A stretch of DNA of 52,988 nucleotides from Thermoanaerobaculia bacterium (lineage in GTDB: Bacteria; Acidobacteriota; Thermoanaerobaculia; Gp7-AA8). Numbering within the stretch: the first letter of the stretch is position 1; each line of letters opens with the position of its first letter. Both the position numbers and the translations under genes were made by a program. Positions 37,637 through 46,854 of the stretch are shown here, one piece after another. The DNA is taken from assembly GCA_036001325.1 (NCBI GenBank), contig DASYUK010000484.1:1-52988 (forward strand), given 5' to 3'. The notes under the pieces are model-generated. The model did no database searches, was not told the DNA's origin, and saw only the letters and a list, made by a program, of their open reading frames with translations.

Positions 37637-38473
37637 ATGATGAGACGGTCTGCTCTGCTCGTTGCCGTCGTGGCAATGACATGGTCGACGAGCGGCTTCG
37701 CGGCGACGCAGCGGCCGCTCATCGTGACGGCACAAGACCATTCTCTCGTCGACAGCGACGACTGCGCGACGTTCTATACGCAAAACACCACGTCGCTGCC
37801 GTCACAGGTGACTTCCGAAGAGCAGCGACGGATTAGCCTCCTCGGAGTCGAGCTCCTGCACGTGCGCACCGCAAACGCCGGCGGTGTCTCCGTCCGCGGC
37901 TGGGAAAAGCCGTTTGCCCGACTCACGATCTGCAAATACGCGGCGGCGCTCAATGAGTCACAGGCCCAACGCGCATTGCAGAGCGTCGGAGTCGCCGTTC
38001 GTCCCGGCGAGATCGCTGTCCACGGCCCTGATCTGAACGAGACGCAAGCGTGGTGGGTGCACATGATCCTCCGCGTTCCGAAGAGCGCGAACGTCGATGT
38101 CGCGGCTGCAAACGGCGGCATCGCGATACGAAACATGGCCGGCCGGATCACTGCGCGAGCGACGAACGGCGGGATCTCGCTCGCGTCGTGCACAGGCGTG
38201 AACCGCATCGAAACCGAAAACGGCGGCATCTCACTCGATCACATCGATCGCGTCGATGCTACGACCCAGAACGGACCAATCGCGCTCAAGCTTCGCGACA
38301 CGCTCGTGCCGCCACTCGAGGCGCGCACCGATGACGAGATCGTGTGCAAGCTGAAGATATGTACCGAGAATTGGGCGGCGGCCGATCGCAAGCGACTCCG
38401 CATCGGCGGCTCCAGTCCGCAGATCCGCCTGATTTCGAGCTCCGCGCCGATCCTCATCGAACAGGTGCGTTGA
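37637..38473 (+). CDS. Exported beta-strand-repeat protein (DUF4097/adhesin-like)
   Basis: Signal peptide; repeated ANGGIAI / TNGGISL / ENGGISL / QNGPIAL motifs; RBS GGAGG. Confidence 0.78.
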   Translation: MMRRSALLVAVVAMTWSTSGFAATQRPLIVTAQDHSLVDSDDCATFYTQNTTSLPSQVTSEEQRRISLLGVELLHVRTANAGGVSVRGWEKPFARLTICKYAAALNESQAQRALQSVGVAVRPGEIAVHGPDLNETQAWWVHMILRVPKSANVDVAAANGGIAIRNMAGRITARATNGGISLASCTGVNRIETENGGISLDHIDRVDATTQNGPIALKLRDTLVPPLEARTDDEIVCKLKICTENWAAADRKRLRIGGSSPQIRLISSSAPILIEQVR

Positions 38474-38819
38474 GATTTCGGCTCACCAGAACCGCCGCTC
38501 CCGACATCACCGCATAGACTCCGATCCAGATCGGCGGAACCCATCGCGCGAGCAAGACCGTCACGATCGTCCAGATGAAATACGCGACGATCGCCGAGGC
38601 GATGCTCCAGATGAAGATCCGAGCGGCACCGATGCCGCGGCCGAAGAACTTCACGGCCAGCCCGACGACGATGCCCACACTAGCGATCGCGCAGCCCATC
38701 GCCACGACAAACGCAGTGCGCACGCCTCCTGAACCAAAGCGCGCTCCGACATGCGCCGCGATGTATGAGGCGACTGCGGCGACGAACCACGTTCCCATCC
38801 ACCCCCGGTCGCTCATCAA
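38454..38819 (-). CDS. Hypothetical membrane protein (about 4 TM)
   Basis: 121-aa hydrophobic ORF filling the gap between the DUF4097-like gene and a repeat; no family recognised. Confidence 0.55.
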   Translation of the reverse strand: MMSDRGWMGTWFVAAVASYIAAHVGARFGSGGVRTAFVVAMGCAIASVGIVVGLAVKFFGRGIGAARIFIWSIASAIVAYFIWTIVTVLLARWVPPIWIGVYAVMSGAAVLVSRNLNAPVR

Positions 38820-38825
38820 CAGAGT

Positions 38826-38915
38826 CCCTCTCCCACCGGGAGAGGGTGGCTCAAAGCGCCGGGTGAGGGGCGCCCCTCATCCGGCCTTCGGCCACCTTCT
38901 CCCATCGGGAGAAGG
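38826..38915. repeat. REP-like composite palindrome (family B)
   Basis: CCCTCTCCC-acc-GGGAGAGGG ... CGCCCCTCATCCGGCCTTCGGCCACCTTCTCCC-atc-GGGAGAAGG. Confidence 0.88.
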
Positions 38916-38930
38916 CTCTAATATCCAATC

Positions 38931-39743
38931 ATGACCTACATCCACGGCACGAGCCCGGAGGAGCAGCGCCGTTTGTCGCTGATGAACGATGTGCTGCTCA
39001 ATACCGCGGAGCTGCGCGAGCTCAGTCTTCGGAGCGACGAGAAGATCATCGACTTCGGCTCGGGCCTCGGACAATTCACCCGCGCGATGGCGCGAGCGGT
39101 TCCGCGCGGACACGTCGTCGGGATCGAGCGTGATGAGAAACAGCTCGAAGGCTCGAAGCGGCTGGCTCGCGACGAAGGCGAGCCCGACCTCGTCGACTTC
39201 CGCCGCGGCGATGTCCTGCAACTCGATCTGCCACAATCGGAATGGGGAACGTACGACGTCGCACACGCGCGCTTCGTGCTCGAGCACGTTCCCGATCCGC
39301 TGCGCGTAGTGCGCAATATGGTGCGCGCGGTTCGCTCGGGCGGGCGCGTCGTCCTCGCCGACGACGATCACGAAGTCCTGCGCCTGTGGCCAGAACCGTC
39401 GGGAGTCACCGAGCTGTGGCGCGCGTACATGCGCACGTACGACCGCAACGGAAACGATCCGTTCATCGGACGGCGGCTGGTTTCGCTGCTCCATGCCGCG
39501 GGAGCGCGTCCGGCGCGCAACACCTGGATCTTTTTCGGCGGATGCGCAGGGATGGAGAGCTTCGAGGTGCTCGCCGCCAACATGCTCGGTGTCGTCAAGA
39601 CAGCGCGTCAGGCGATGGTCAATGCCGATCTGATCGAAGAATCGGCCTTCGACGCCGCGGTGCGGAACTACGAGGCGTGGGCGCGCCGCCCCGACGCATC
39701 GCTCTGGTTCTCGATGTGCTGGGCCGAAGGAACGAAGCGCTGA
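38931..39743 (+). CDS. Class I SAM-dependent methyltransferase
   Basis: MTYIHG N-terminus, IIDFGSGLG, VVGIE, GDV, YDVAHARFVLEH and RSGGRVVL motifs. Confidence 0.9.
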   Translation: MTYIHGTSPEEQRRLSLMNDVLLNTAELRELSLRSDEKIIDFGSGLGQFTRAMARAVPRGHVVGIERDEKQLEGSKRLARDEGEPDLVDFRRGDVLQLDLPQSEWGTYDVAHARFVLEHVPDPLRVVRNMVRAVRSGGRVVLADDDHEVLRLWPEPSGVTELWRAYMRTYDRNGNDPFIGRRLVSLLHAAGARPARNTWIFFGGCAGMESFEVLAANMLGVVKTARQAMVNADLIEESAFDAAVRNYEAWARRPDASLWFSMCWAEGTKR

Positions 39744-39767
39744 CGTGGTACCGGCCGTGCAACTGTC

Positions 39768-40589
39768 GTGTCCGATATGGGCGCGGCAGCGACGGCCACC
39801 GTGATCGATCCGCGGGCGCGTGAGTTCTATGTGCGTGCGCTCGGAAAGCTCGACGAAAACAAGCTTCCCTATCTCGTCGGCGGCGCGTACGCTTTCGCGC
39901 GCTACACAGGGATCGCGCGGCACACCAAAGACTTCGACATCTTCATCAGGCGCACTGATTTCGATCGCGCCGCGGACACTCTCGCGAAGGCCGGCTACAA
40001 GACCGAGCTGACCTTTCCGCACTGGATCGGCAAGGCGTACGACGGCGACGACTTCATCGATCTGATCTTCAGCGCCGGAAACGCAGTGGCGGAAGTCGAT
40101 GAGGTCTGGTTCCAAAATTCCGTTCCTGAAATCGTCCTCGGTCTCGACGTGCGGCTCATTCCAGCGGAAGAGATGCTGTGGTCGAAAGGCCTGATCATGG
40201 AGCGCGAGCGTTACGACGGTGGCGATGTTGCGCACATCCTCCTCGCACTCGGTCCGGAGCTCGACTGGCGGCGCCTCATCGATCGCTACGGCAAGTACTG
40301 GCGCGCGCTCTTCGCCCATCTGATCCTTTTCGGATTCATCTATCCGTCGGATCGCTCGCGGATCCCGAAGTGGGTGATGGACGAGCTCGGAAGCCGGCTG
40401 GCCCGCGAGCTCAAAGAACCTGATGGGAAAGAGAAGATCTGCTACGGCACGATCGTCTCGCGGCAGCAGTACCTCAAAGACATCATGGATTGGGGATACA
40501 GAGATGCCCGCCTTCAGCCGCTCGGCAACATGAGCGCCGAGGACATCGCGGTATGGACGAAGGGCATCGAGATCGATGGAGCGAAGTGA
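39768..40589 (+). CDS. Nucleotidyltransferase family protein (Pol-beta fold)
   Basis: LVGGAYAF...RHTKDFDIF (GG...DxD) and FIDLIF motifs. Start may be GTG 39768 or the ATG three codons later. Confidence 0.82.
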   Translation: MSDMGAAATATVIDPRAREFYVRALGKLDENKLPYLVGGAYAFARYTGIARHTKDFDIFIRRTDFDRAADTLAKAGYKTELTFPHWIGKAYDGDDFIDLIFSAGNAVAEVDEVWFQNSVPEIVLGLDVRLIPAEEMLWSKGLIMERERYDGGDVAHILLALGPELDWRRLIDRYGKYWRALFAHLILFGFIYPSDRSRIPKWVMDELGSRLARELKEPDGKEKICYGTIVSRQQYLKDIMDWGYRDARLQPLGNMSAEDIAVWTKGIEIDGAK

Positions 40590-41338
40590 ACGAAGAAACG
40601 ATTCGGATCGCGGCAGTCGGTGACCTGCACACGCAGAAGGGTGCTCAAGGCGTGTTTCAGTCTCTATTCAAGGAGATGAGTGAGCGCGCGGACGTCGCGT
40701 TGCTCTGCGGTGATCTGACGGACAACGGGGCGATTGAAGAAGGGGAAGTGCTCGCCCACGACATCAGCTCCTCGCTGCGCATTCCGGCGATCGCGGTTCT
40801 TGGCAACCACGACTTCGAGGCCGCGCAGGAGGCGCAGTTGGTCCGGATGCTCACGCAAGCGGGAGTGGTGGTGCTCGACGGCGGCGCACACGAAATGAAC
40901 GGCGTCGGCTTCGTCGGCGCGAAGGGCTTCATCGGCGGCTTCGGCCGGCGACAACTCGGCGCCTGGGGCGAGCAGAGCATCAAGGCTCTCGTTCACGAAT
41001 CGCTGGAGGAAGCGCTGAAGCTCGAGGCCGCGCTCGCGCGCTTACGAACGCCGCAGAAAATCGCCGTGCTCCACTACGCCCCGATTCAGGCGACGGTCGA
41101 AGGCGAGCCGCCGGAGATCGTTCCGTTCTGCGGCTCCAGCCGGCTGGAAGAGCCGCTCGACCGATATCGAGTCACCGCCGTTTTCCACGGACACGCACAT
41201 CACGGAACCCTCGAAGGACACACGCGCGGCAACGCGCCGGTGTTCAATGTGGCCATGCCGCTGCTGAAGCGAACGTTTCCCGATCGCCAGCCATACAAGC
41301 TGTACGAAGTTCGGATCGGCGTAGAATCGCCGGTCTGA
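40586..41338 (+). CDS. Calcineurin-like metallophosphoesterase
   Basis: AVGDLH, LCGDLTD, VLGNHD, VLHYAP and FHGHAH motifs; GTGA overlap with the nucleotidyltransferase stop. Confidence 0.92.
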   Translation: MNEETIRIAAVGDLHTQKGAQGVFQSLFKEMSERADVALLCGDLTDNGAIEEGEVLAHDISSSLRIPAIAVLGNHDFEAAQEAQLVRMLTQAGVVVLDGGAHEMNGVGFVGAKGFIGGFGRRQLGAWGEQSIKALVHESLEEALKLEAALARLRTPQKIAVLHYAPIQATVEGEPPEIVPFCGSSRLEEPLDRYRVTAVFHGHAHHGTLEGHTRGNAPVFNVAMPLLKRTFPDRQPYKLYEVRIGVESPV

Positions 41339-42612
41339 TGAGGCATCCCGCTTTCAATGGCGGCGTCACGCGCGACCAGCTCCTCGATTGGTATCGCTCG
41401 ACGCGCGCGCGAACGCGGAAGCTGTTCGACATTCCGCGTCCCGAGTATTACTACGAGCGCCCGATCGCACTGCGCAATCCCATCGTCTTTTACGAGGGCC
41501 ACCTCCCCGCGTTCTCTGTGAACACGCTGATCAAGCTCGCGCTGAAGAAGCAGGGCGTCGACAGCGAATACGAGCGGCTCTTCGAGCGGGGCATCGATCC
41601 TGAGGACGAGACGGCTGTGCGGAACGGCTCATCGCTCTGGCCATCTCGCGATAAGGTCCAAGCCTACGGAGCCGCCGCCGACGCCGCGATCGAGCATGCG
41701 CTGCGCTGCGATCGTATCGTCGACGAAAACGTTCCGCAGCTCCGCGGCGGCGAAGCCGCACTCTGCCTGCCCGAACACGAATTAATGCATCAAGAAACAT
41801 TGCTCTATATGTTTCACAATATGGAGTACGATAAGAAAATACGACCTCAGTGGAGCGCCGGTGTCCTCACCGGCGCCGCTGAGGACAGCGGCGCCCCACC
41901 GAGCGTACGCATCCCTGCCGGAATCGCGACGCTCGGTAGCGACCACGACTTCGGTTGGGACAACGAGTTCCCCGCGCATACCGTCGAGGTCGATGCCTTC
42001 ACCGTCGACCGCTACAACGCCACGAATGGCGAATTCCTCGACTACATGAACGCCACCGGCGCGTCTCCGCCGCACTTCTGGCTTCGCAAAGATGGCCAGT
42101 GGTTCTGGCGCGGCATGTTCGAGCTCATCCCTCTGCCACTCGACTGGCCGGTATATGCGATGCACGACGAAGCTGAGGCATTCGCCAGGTGGAAAGGAAA
42201 GCGCCTGCCGAGCGAAGCGGAGTATCACCGCGCCGCGTTCGGCACATCTTCGGGTGAAGAGCGTCAGTTCCCATGGGGCGATGAGCTACCTGACCACAGC
42301 CGTGGCAACTTCGACTTCGCGCACTGGGATCCCGTTCCGGTCGGCTCGTATCCGAACGGCGCGAGCGCATGGGGTGTTCACGACCTCGTCGGTAACGGTT
42401 GGGAGTGGACATCGACCGTCTTCGACGGATTCAGCGGATTTGAACCGATGGCATCGTATCCGATTTATTCGACCGATTTTTTCGATGGCCAGCACTACGT
42501 CTTGAAAGGCGGATCGCCGGCTACCGGGCGCGAGCTCATCCGCCGGAGTTTTCGCAACTGGTTCCGCCCGAACTATCCCTATCTCTACGCGACCTTCCGG
42601 TGCGCTTCATAA
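41338..42612 (+). CDS. DinB_2 + FGE-sulfatase non-heme iron enzyme (EgtB/OvoA sulfoxide synthase family)
   Basis: RPIALRNPIVFYEGHLPAF, HELMHQE (HxxxHxE), FGWDNE, LPSEAEY and DLVGNGWEWT motifs. Confidence 0.85.
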   Translation: MRHPAFNGGVTRDQLLDWYRSTRARTRKLFDIPRPEYYYERPIALRNPIVFYEGHLPAFSVNTLIKLALKKQGVDSEYERLFERGIDPEDETAVRNGSSLWPSRDKVQAYGAAADAAIEHALRCDRIVDENVPQLRGGEAALCLPEHELMHQETLLYMFHNMEYDKKIRPQWSAGVLTGAAEDSGAPPSVRIPAGIATLGSDHDFGWDNEFPAHTVEVDAFTVDRYNATNGEFLDYMNATGASPPHFWLRKDGQWFWRGMFELIPLPLDWPVYAMHDEAEAFARWKGKRLPSEAEYHRAAFGTSSGEERQFPWGDELPDHSRGNFDFAHWDPVPVGSYPNGASAWGVHDLVGNGWEWTSTVFDGFSGFEPMASYPIYSTDFFDGQHYVLKGGSPATGRELIRRSFRNWFRPNYPYLYATFRCAS

Positions 42613-42640
42613 TGGTTCGCGTTATGCACTTTCGGGGTGC

Positions 42641-43267
42641 ATGGAAACGAAAATCTACAAACCGAAAACATTCAATCTCTCCGGGCTGGAAGGCATCTCC
42701 GACAAAACGCTGGAGATGCATTTCAAACTCTACGAAGGCTACGTCACCAACACGAATACGCTGACGGAAAAAATCGCTGCGATCCTCGCCGACGGCCAAG
42801 TCGATCAGGAGGAAATGCCGGAGTACTCCGAGCTCACCCGCAGACTCGGATTCGAATACAACGGCATGGTCCTGCACGAGTACTACTTCGGCAACATGAA
42901 GAAGGGCGGCGGCGGTGTCGCACCGCGCGGCGACTTCCGGTCAGCGGTCGAGAACAGCTTCCCGACCTATGCGATCTGGAAGGCTGACTTCGCCAGTGTC
43001 GGCAAGATGCGCGGCGTCGGTTGGGCCATCTGTTATCTCAACCCCGCAAACGGACGCGTCTCGAACCACTGGATCAACGAGCATGAGAACGGCAACGTCG
43101 CCGGATTCGTCCCTGTGCTCGTGATGGATGTGTGGGAGCACGCGTACCTGCTCGACTACAAACCGGCCGATCGCCCGAAGTACATCGAAGCGTTCATGGC
43201 CAATATCGATTGGGACGTCGTCGGGCAGCGGATGCAGGCGGTGCAGGTCACAGCCGCGGCGCAGTAG
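42641..43267 (+). CDS. Fe/Mn superoxide dismutase family protein
   Basis: EMHFKLYEGYV, NGMVLHEYYF and LVMDVWEHAY motifs. Confidence 0.88.
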   Translation: METKIYKPKTFNLSGLEGISDKTLEMHFKLYEGYVTNTNTLTEKIAAILADGQVDQEEMPEYSELTRRLGFEYNGMVLHEYYFGNMKKGGGGVAPRGDFRSAVENSFPTYAIWKADFASVGKMRGVGWAICYLNPANGRVSNHWINEHENGNVAGFVPVLVMDVWEHAYLLDYKPADRPKYIEAFMANIDWDVVGQRMQAVQVTAAAQ

Positions 43268-46200
43268 GTAGAAACTCGACCGTTCCTTTTCGCTCGAGCT
43301 TGCCCCATCCCGTGCGCATGCCGGAGATCGCTGTCTTGATCGACTTCAGCAGCACGGCGTACATGAGCTGTCGATAGAGGAAGCGCTGCCAGAAGAGCCA
43401 GACGAGCATCCGTCCGTCCTCACGATCGAGCTTGAACGCAACTGCTGCTCCGATCAGCTCGACGACGAAGAAGAACGCGTACATGAATCCGACGACGTAG
43501 AGCGAGTTGAGCGTCGCCGGCAGCGGTTGCCAGTCGTGCGTCAACCGCCCTCGCAGAGTCGAATGCACAACGGTGCCGAGGGTCCAGGCGATCTGCAGAT
43601 CGACGACCGGCGAGAGCGCCTGATAGATGACCTGGAACAGCCACAGCGACGGCAGCATCACGCGACCGAACCAGCCGTGGCGTCCCAAAGCCTCGCGGTG
43701 CTTCCACAACGATTGCAGCGTGCCGAACGCCCATCGAAATCGCTGCGTGAAAAGATTGCGAAACGTATCGGGCGCCTCGGTGAAACCGATGGCGTCGGAG
43801 TCGGTCTCGATCTGCCATCCATTGCGGCGGATCCTCCACGTCAGATCCATGTCCTCGGCCATCGTGTCGGTGGTGTAGGCGCCGGCATCAACGATTGCCG
43901 TTCGCCGCCACGCACCGACCGCGCCCGGCACGACAGACACTGAGTTGATCGCTGCGTATGCGCGCCGATCGAGGTTCTGACTCGTGATGTATTCGATCGC
44001 CTGCCAGTAGGTCAGAGGGTTGATGCGATTGCCGACCTTCACATTCCCCGCGACCGCGCCAACCTGCGGATTCTCGAATCGGCGGACGAGTTTCTCGATC
44101 GTGTCCTGACGAAAGACGGTGTCGGCATCGAGCGCGACGATGATCTCGCCGCGCGCAGCGCCGATGCCGCGATTGAGCGCCGCGGCCTTGCCTGCGTTCT
44201 CCTGCCGCAGCAGGTGTACGCGTTCGCCGAAATGGCGCATCACTTCGCCCGACGTGTCGTCGTTCGATCCATCGTCGACGACGACGACTTCGAGGTCGGG
44301 ATAACGACTGGCCAGCACGGCCTCGATCGTCCGAGCAATGATTCTCTCTTCGTTGAACGCCGCGATGACGACGCTCACCGACGGCCGGAAGGCCGGATCG
44401 AAGCGCGCGCGCTTTTCGCGGTGTTTCGCGATCAAGGCGAGGATCGTGACGAATACGACGCGCGCTGCGCCGAGCCCGATCGCCGAAATGAACGCCACCG
44501 TGAGAAAGAGCTCGCTGATGTACATCACCTCAAACACGATCCGGTCATTGGCGAGCATGAGCGACTCGTTCGATCGCACGGGCGGGTTGACCTGATCGCG
44601 CGTGGCGCCGACGAGCTGCGAGACCGTCACGAACTTGTACCCGCGCTTCGTCAGCTCCTCGATCAGGAGCGGGATCAATCGCACGGTCTCTCGACGATCG
44701 CCGCCGCCGTCGTGCAGAAGGACGCAGCTTCCCTTCTCGACATCGAGCTGCGCCAGCGTCGACTGCAGCATCTCTTCGGCGTTGCGATGATGCAGCGACC
44801 CATCGGGCATCCGCTGTTCGGTGTCCCAATCCTGAGGGTCGATGTACTCGCCGACGACGATGTACTTCTGCGATGACGCCAGCGCGACCGGCCGGACTTC
44901 TTCTCCGCTCGTCGGCTCCGCGTCGGCGTTGTAAGGCGGACGGAAGAGCAGCGTCGAGCGGCCGATGAGACTCTGGATCACGCGCTGCGTGGCGTTGATC
45001 TCCGCACGAGCGCGCGACTCTGGAATCGCGCCGATGTTCGGATGGGTGTACGTGTGGTTGCCGATCTCATGACCTTCGCGCCACATGCGGCGCACGAGAT
45101 TCGGATAACGCTCTGCGTTCTCACCGATGAGGAAGAAAGTCGCCGGAACTTTGTACTTCTTCAACTCGTCGAGAATCTGCGCGCTGTACGGATCGGCCGG
45201 CCCGTCATCGATCGTCAGCGCGATCATCTTCGGGTGATAGCCGGAGCGATCGATGACATACGACGTCGGGAACTTGTGGTAGACCTCGTCGACGATCAGA
45301 CCTGATTCGGGATCGCGTTCGAGTGAGCGCGATCCATCGGTCGGATCGGCGCGTACGTGGAGGATTTCTCCTTCACCGACAAACTCGACGTCGTATGGGA
45401 ATTTAACCTTCCCCAATACGCCGGGGTTCGGAGGCATGTTCAACGTGTGCCGGCCGAGGAACGTCCAGATCGACGGATCGGTGGAGCCGAGGACCCAGAC
45501 GGCGGCGCCGCGCGGGGCATAGTTCTGCGCGATCAGCCACTGGTTCGCGACAGTGACGGCATCGAGCATCCATACCTCGTGATCCTTGCCCGCTTCATCG
45601 ACGTACCAGAAGGTCGGGTTGAGGTAATTCGGATCGAAGTCGATCAGCTTCTCCACCGCCTCGTCGGGACGGTAATCCTGCACGCGAACCAGCGCTTCCT
45701 GATATGTGAGCGGCTCGGCTTCTTTCTCGCCTTCGGCCCAGTCGTAACCGTAGTTGGCTAATCCGATGACGAGCTTGTCGCGCGGGATTTCCCGCGACGC
45801 GCGCTCCAAAACGCCTCGATACCACGACATCGACGAGATCGGCCCGGGCTCTGTCGACGATGAGTGCTCGTCATACGCCATGACGATCACGAAGTCGCAG
45901 ATCGCCGACGCGCGCTTCCAGTCGATCGGAGCGGCCGCCTCGAGATCGAGCGATACGATCAGATGATTCGGCGCGAAGATCGCGCGCACTCTCTCGAGGA
46001 ATGGGATCAGAAGTTTCTCGTCGCCCGGCGCGAAGTTCTCGAAGTCGATGTTGATGCCCTGGAAATGATTCGCCAGCACCCACGTGCGGAGTTGACGGAT
46101 GACCTGATCCTGAAGCTCCGGCGCGGTGAGCAGTCGATGGAGACGCTCCTTATCGAAGTCAGAGAGCTGCGCATTGCTGAACACCGGCAGAATCGTCAGG

Positions 46201-46721
46201 TTGTTGGTTCTGGCGACATCTAGTACATCGATGTTGTGTGGCGTGAGCTCCGGATCCCAATCGTGGAAATCGAGACCGCCGCCATCAGCGGTGAGATGGA
46301 CCCATGACGGGAGCAGATGCGTCATCTTCGGCGCGTAGGCTCGCAGTGAATGGAGACCGGTTTCCTGCCACGGCGCGTAGAAGGCGGCGACGATTCCCGG
46401 TCCTTTCACTGCCGTACGTGCCTTCTGGATCGACTTCTGCCTTCGCTCTTTGGCCATTTCGGCGAAGAGCTTTTCGCGCTCACGCTTCAACTCGTATTGC
46501 CGCAGTTTCGTCCGGCGCCGCGGTAGATGAAGTGAAGTGCGCAGCGTTTTCTTGATGACGCTGGTGATCCCCGGCATGTCCGGCAAAAGCGGCGCGGAGA
46601 AGATGCTCAGCAGAAAGACGCTGACGATGATGACCGAGAGCAGGCCGAGGAACGTGCTGATCCTCTTGACCCACCACCATCGCTTGCGCGAAGGATCGAA
46701 GAAAACGGCATAATCGGACAT
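43248..46721 (-). CDS. GH18-like + polysaccharide deacetylase (CE4) + GT2 glycosyltransferase fusion
   Basis: GINIDFE and MAYDEH (GH18-like); TIDDGP, HEIGNHTYTH, FRPPY and LLHDGGG (NodB); DDGS, LDADT, AEDMD and QRFRW (processive GT2); C-terminal TM helices. Confidence 0.9.
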   Translation of the reverse strand: MSDYAVFFDPSRKRWWWVKRISTFLGLLSVIIVSVFLLSIFSAPLLPDMPGITSVIKKTLRTSLHLPRRRTKLRQYELKREREKLFAEMAKERRQKSIQKARTAVKGPGIVAAFYAPWQETGLHSLRAYAPKMTHLLPSWVHLTADGGGLDFHDWDPELTPHNIDVLDVARTNNLTILPVFSNAQLSDFDKERLHRLLTAPELQDQVIRQLRTWVLANHFQGINIDFENFAPGDEKLLIPFLERVRAIFAPNHLIVSLDLEAAAPIDWKRASAICDFVIVMAYDEHSSSTEPGPISSMSWYRGVLERASREIPRDKLVIGLANYGYDWAEGEKEAEPLTYQEALVRVQDYRPDEAVEKLIDFDPNYLNPTFWYVDEAGKDHEVWMLDAVTVANQWLIAQNYAPRGAAVWVLGSTDPSIWTFLGRHTLNMPPNPGVLGKVKFPYDVEFVGEGEILHVRADPTDGSRSLERDPESGLIVDEVYHKFPTSYVIDRSGYHPKMIALTIDDGPADPYSAQILDELKKYKVPATFFLIGENAERYPNLVRRMWREGHEIGNHTYTHPNIGAIPESRARAEINATQRVIQSLIGRSTLLFRPPYNADAEPTSGEEVRPVALASSQKYIVVGEYIDPQDWDTEQRMPDGSLHHRNAEEMLQSTLAQLDVEKGSCVLLHDGGGDRRETVRLIPLLIEELTKRGYKFVTVSQLVGATRDQVNPPVRSNESLMLANDRIVFEVMYISELFLTVAFISAIGLGAARVVFVTILALIAKHREKRARFDPAFRPSVSVVIAAFNEERIIARTIEAVLASRYPDLEVVVVDDGSNDDTSGEVMRHFGERVHLLRQENAGKAAALNRGIGAARGEIIVALDADTVFRQDTIEKLVRRFENPQVGAVAGNVKVGNRINPLTYWQAIEYITSQNLDRRAYAAINSVSVVPGAVGAWRRTAIVDAGAYTTDTMAEDMDLTWRIRRNGWQIETDSDAIGFTEAPDTFRNLFTQRFRWAFGTLQSLWKHREALGRHGWFGRVMLPSLWLFQVIYQALSPVVDLQIAWTLGTVVHSTLRGRLTHDWQPLPATLNSLYVVGFMYAFFFVVELIGAAVAFKLDREDGRMLVWLFWQRFLYRQLMYAVLLKSIKTAISGMRTGWGKLERKGTVEFLPTAPRL

Positions 46722-46776
46722 CGCTGGCGTGAGGTTGAGAACGCCACGATCGCGGATTCAATTCTGCCTCGCAGCA

Positions 46777-46810
46777 CCCTCTCCCGGCGGGAGAGGGCCG
46801 GGGTGAGGGG
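46777..46810. repeat. Family B half-element
   Basis: CCCTCTCCC-ggc-GGGAGAGGG followed by CCGGGGTGAGGGG. Confidence 0.8.
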
Positions 46811-46854
46811 CACGCAACCCGGAGACGTCATCCACCGTACAACGTAGGACGGTC

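Noticed and set aside
39741-39770. In-frame TGA between the methyltransferase and nucleotidyltransferase as a second Sec or readthrough site
   Set aside because: The two genes are in the same frame, but both domains are complete, the TGA is not at a Cys-like catalytic position, and I saw no convincing SECIS. Same-frame adjacency occurs by chance one time in three.
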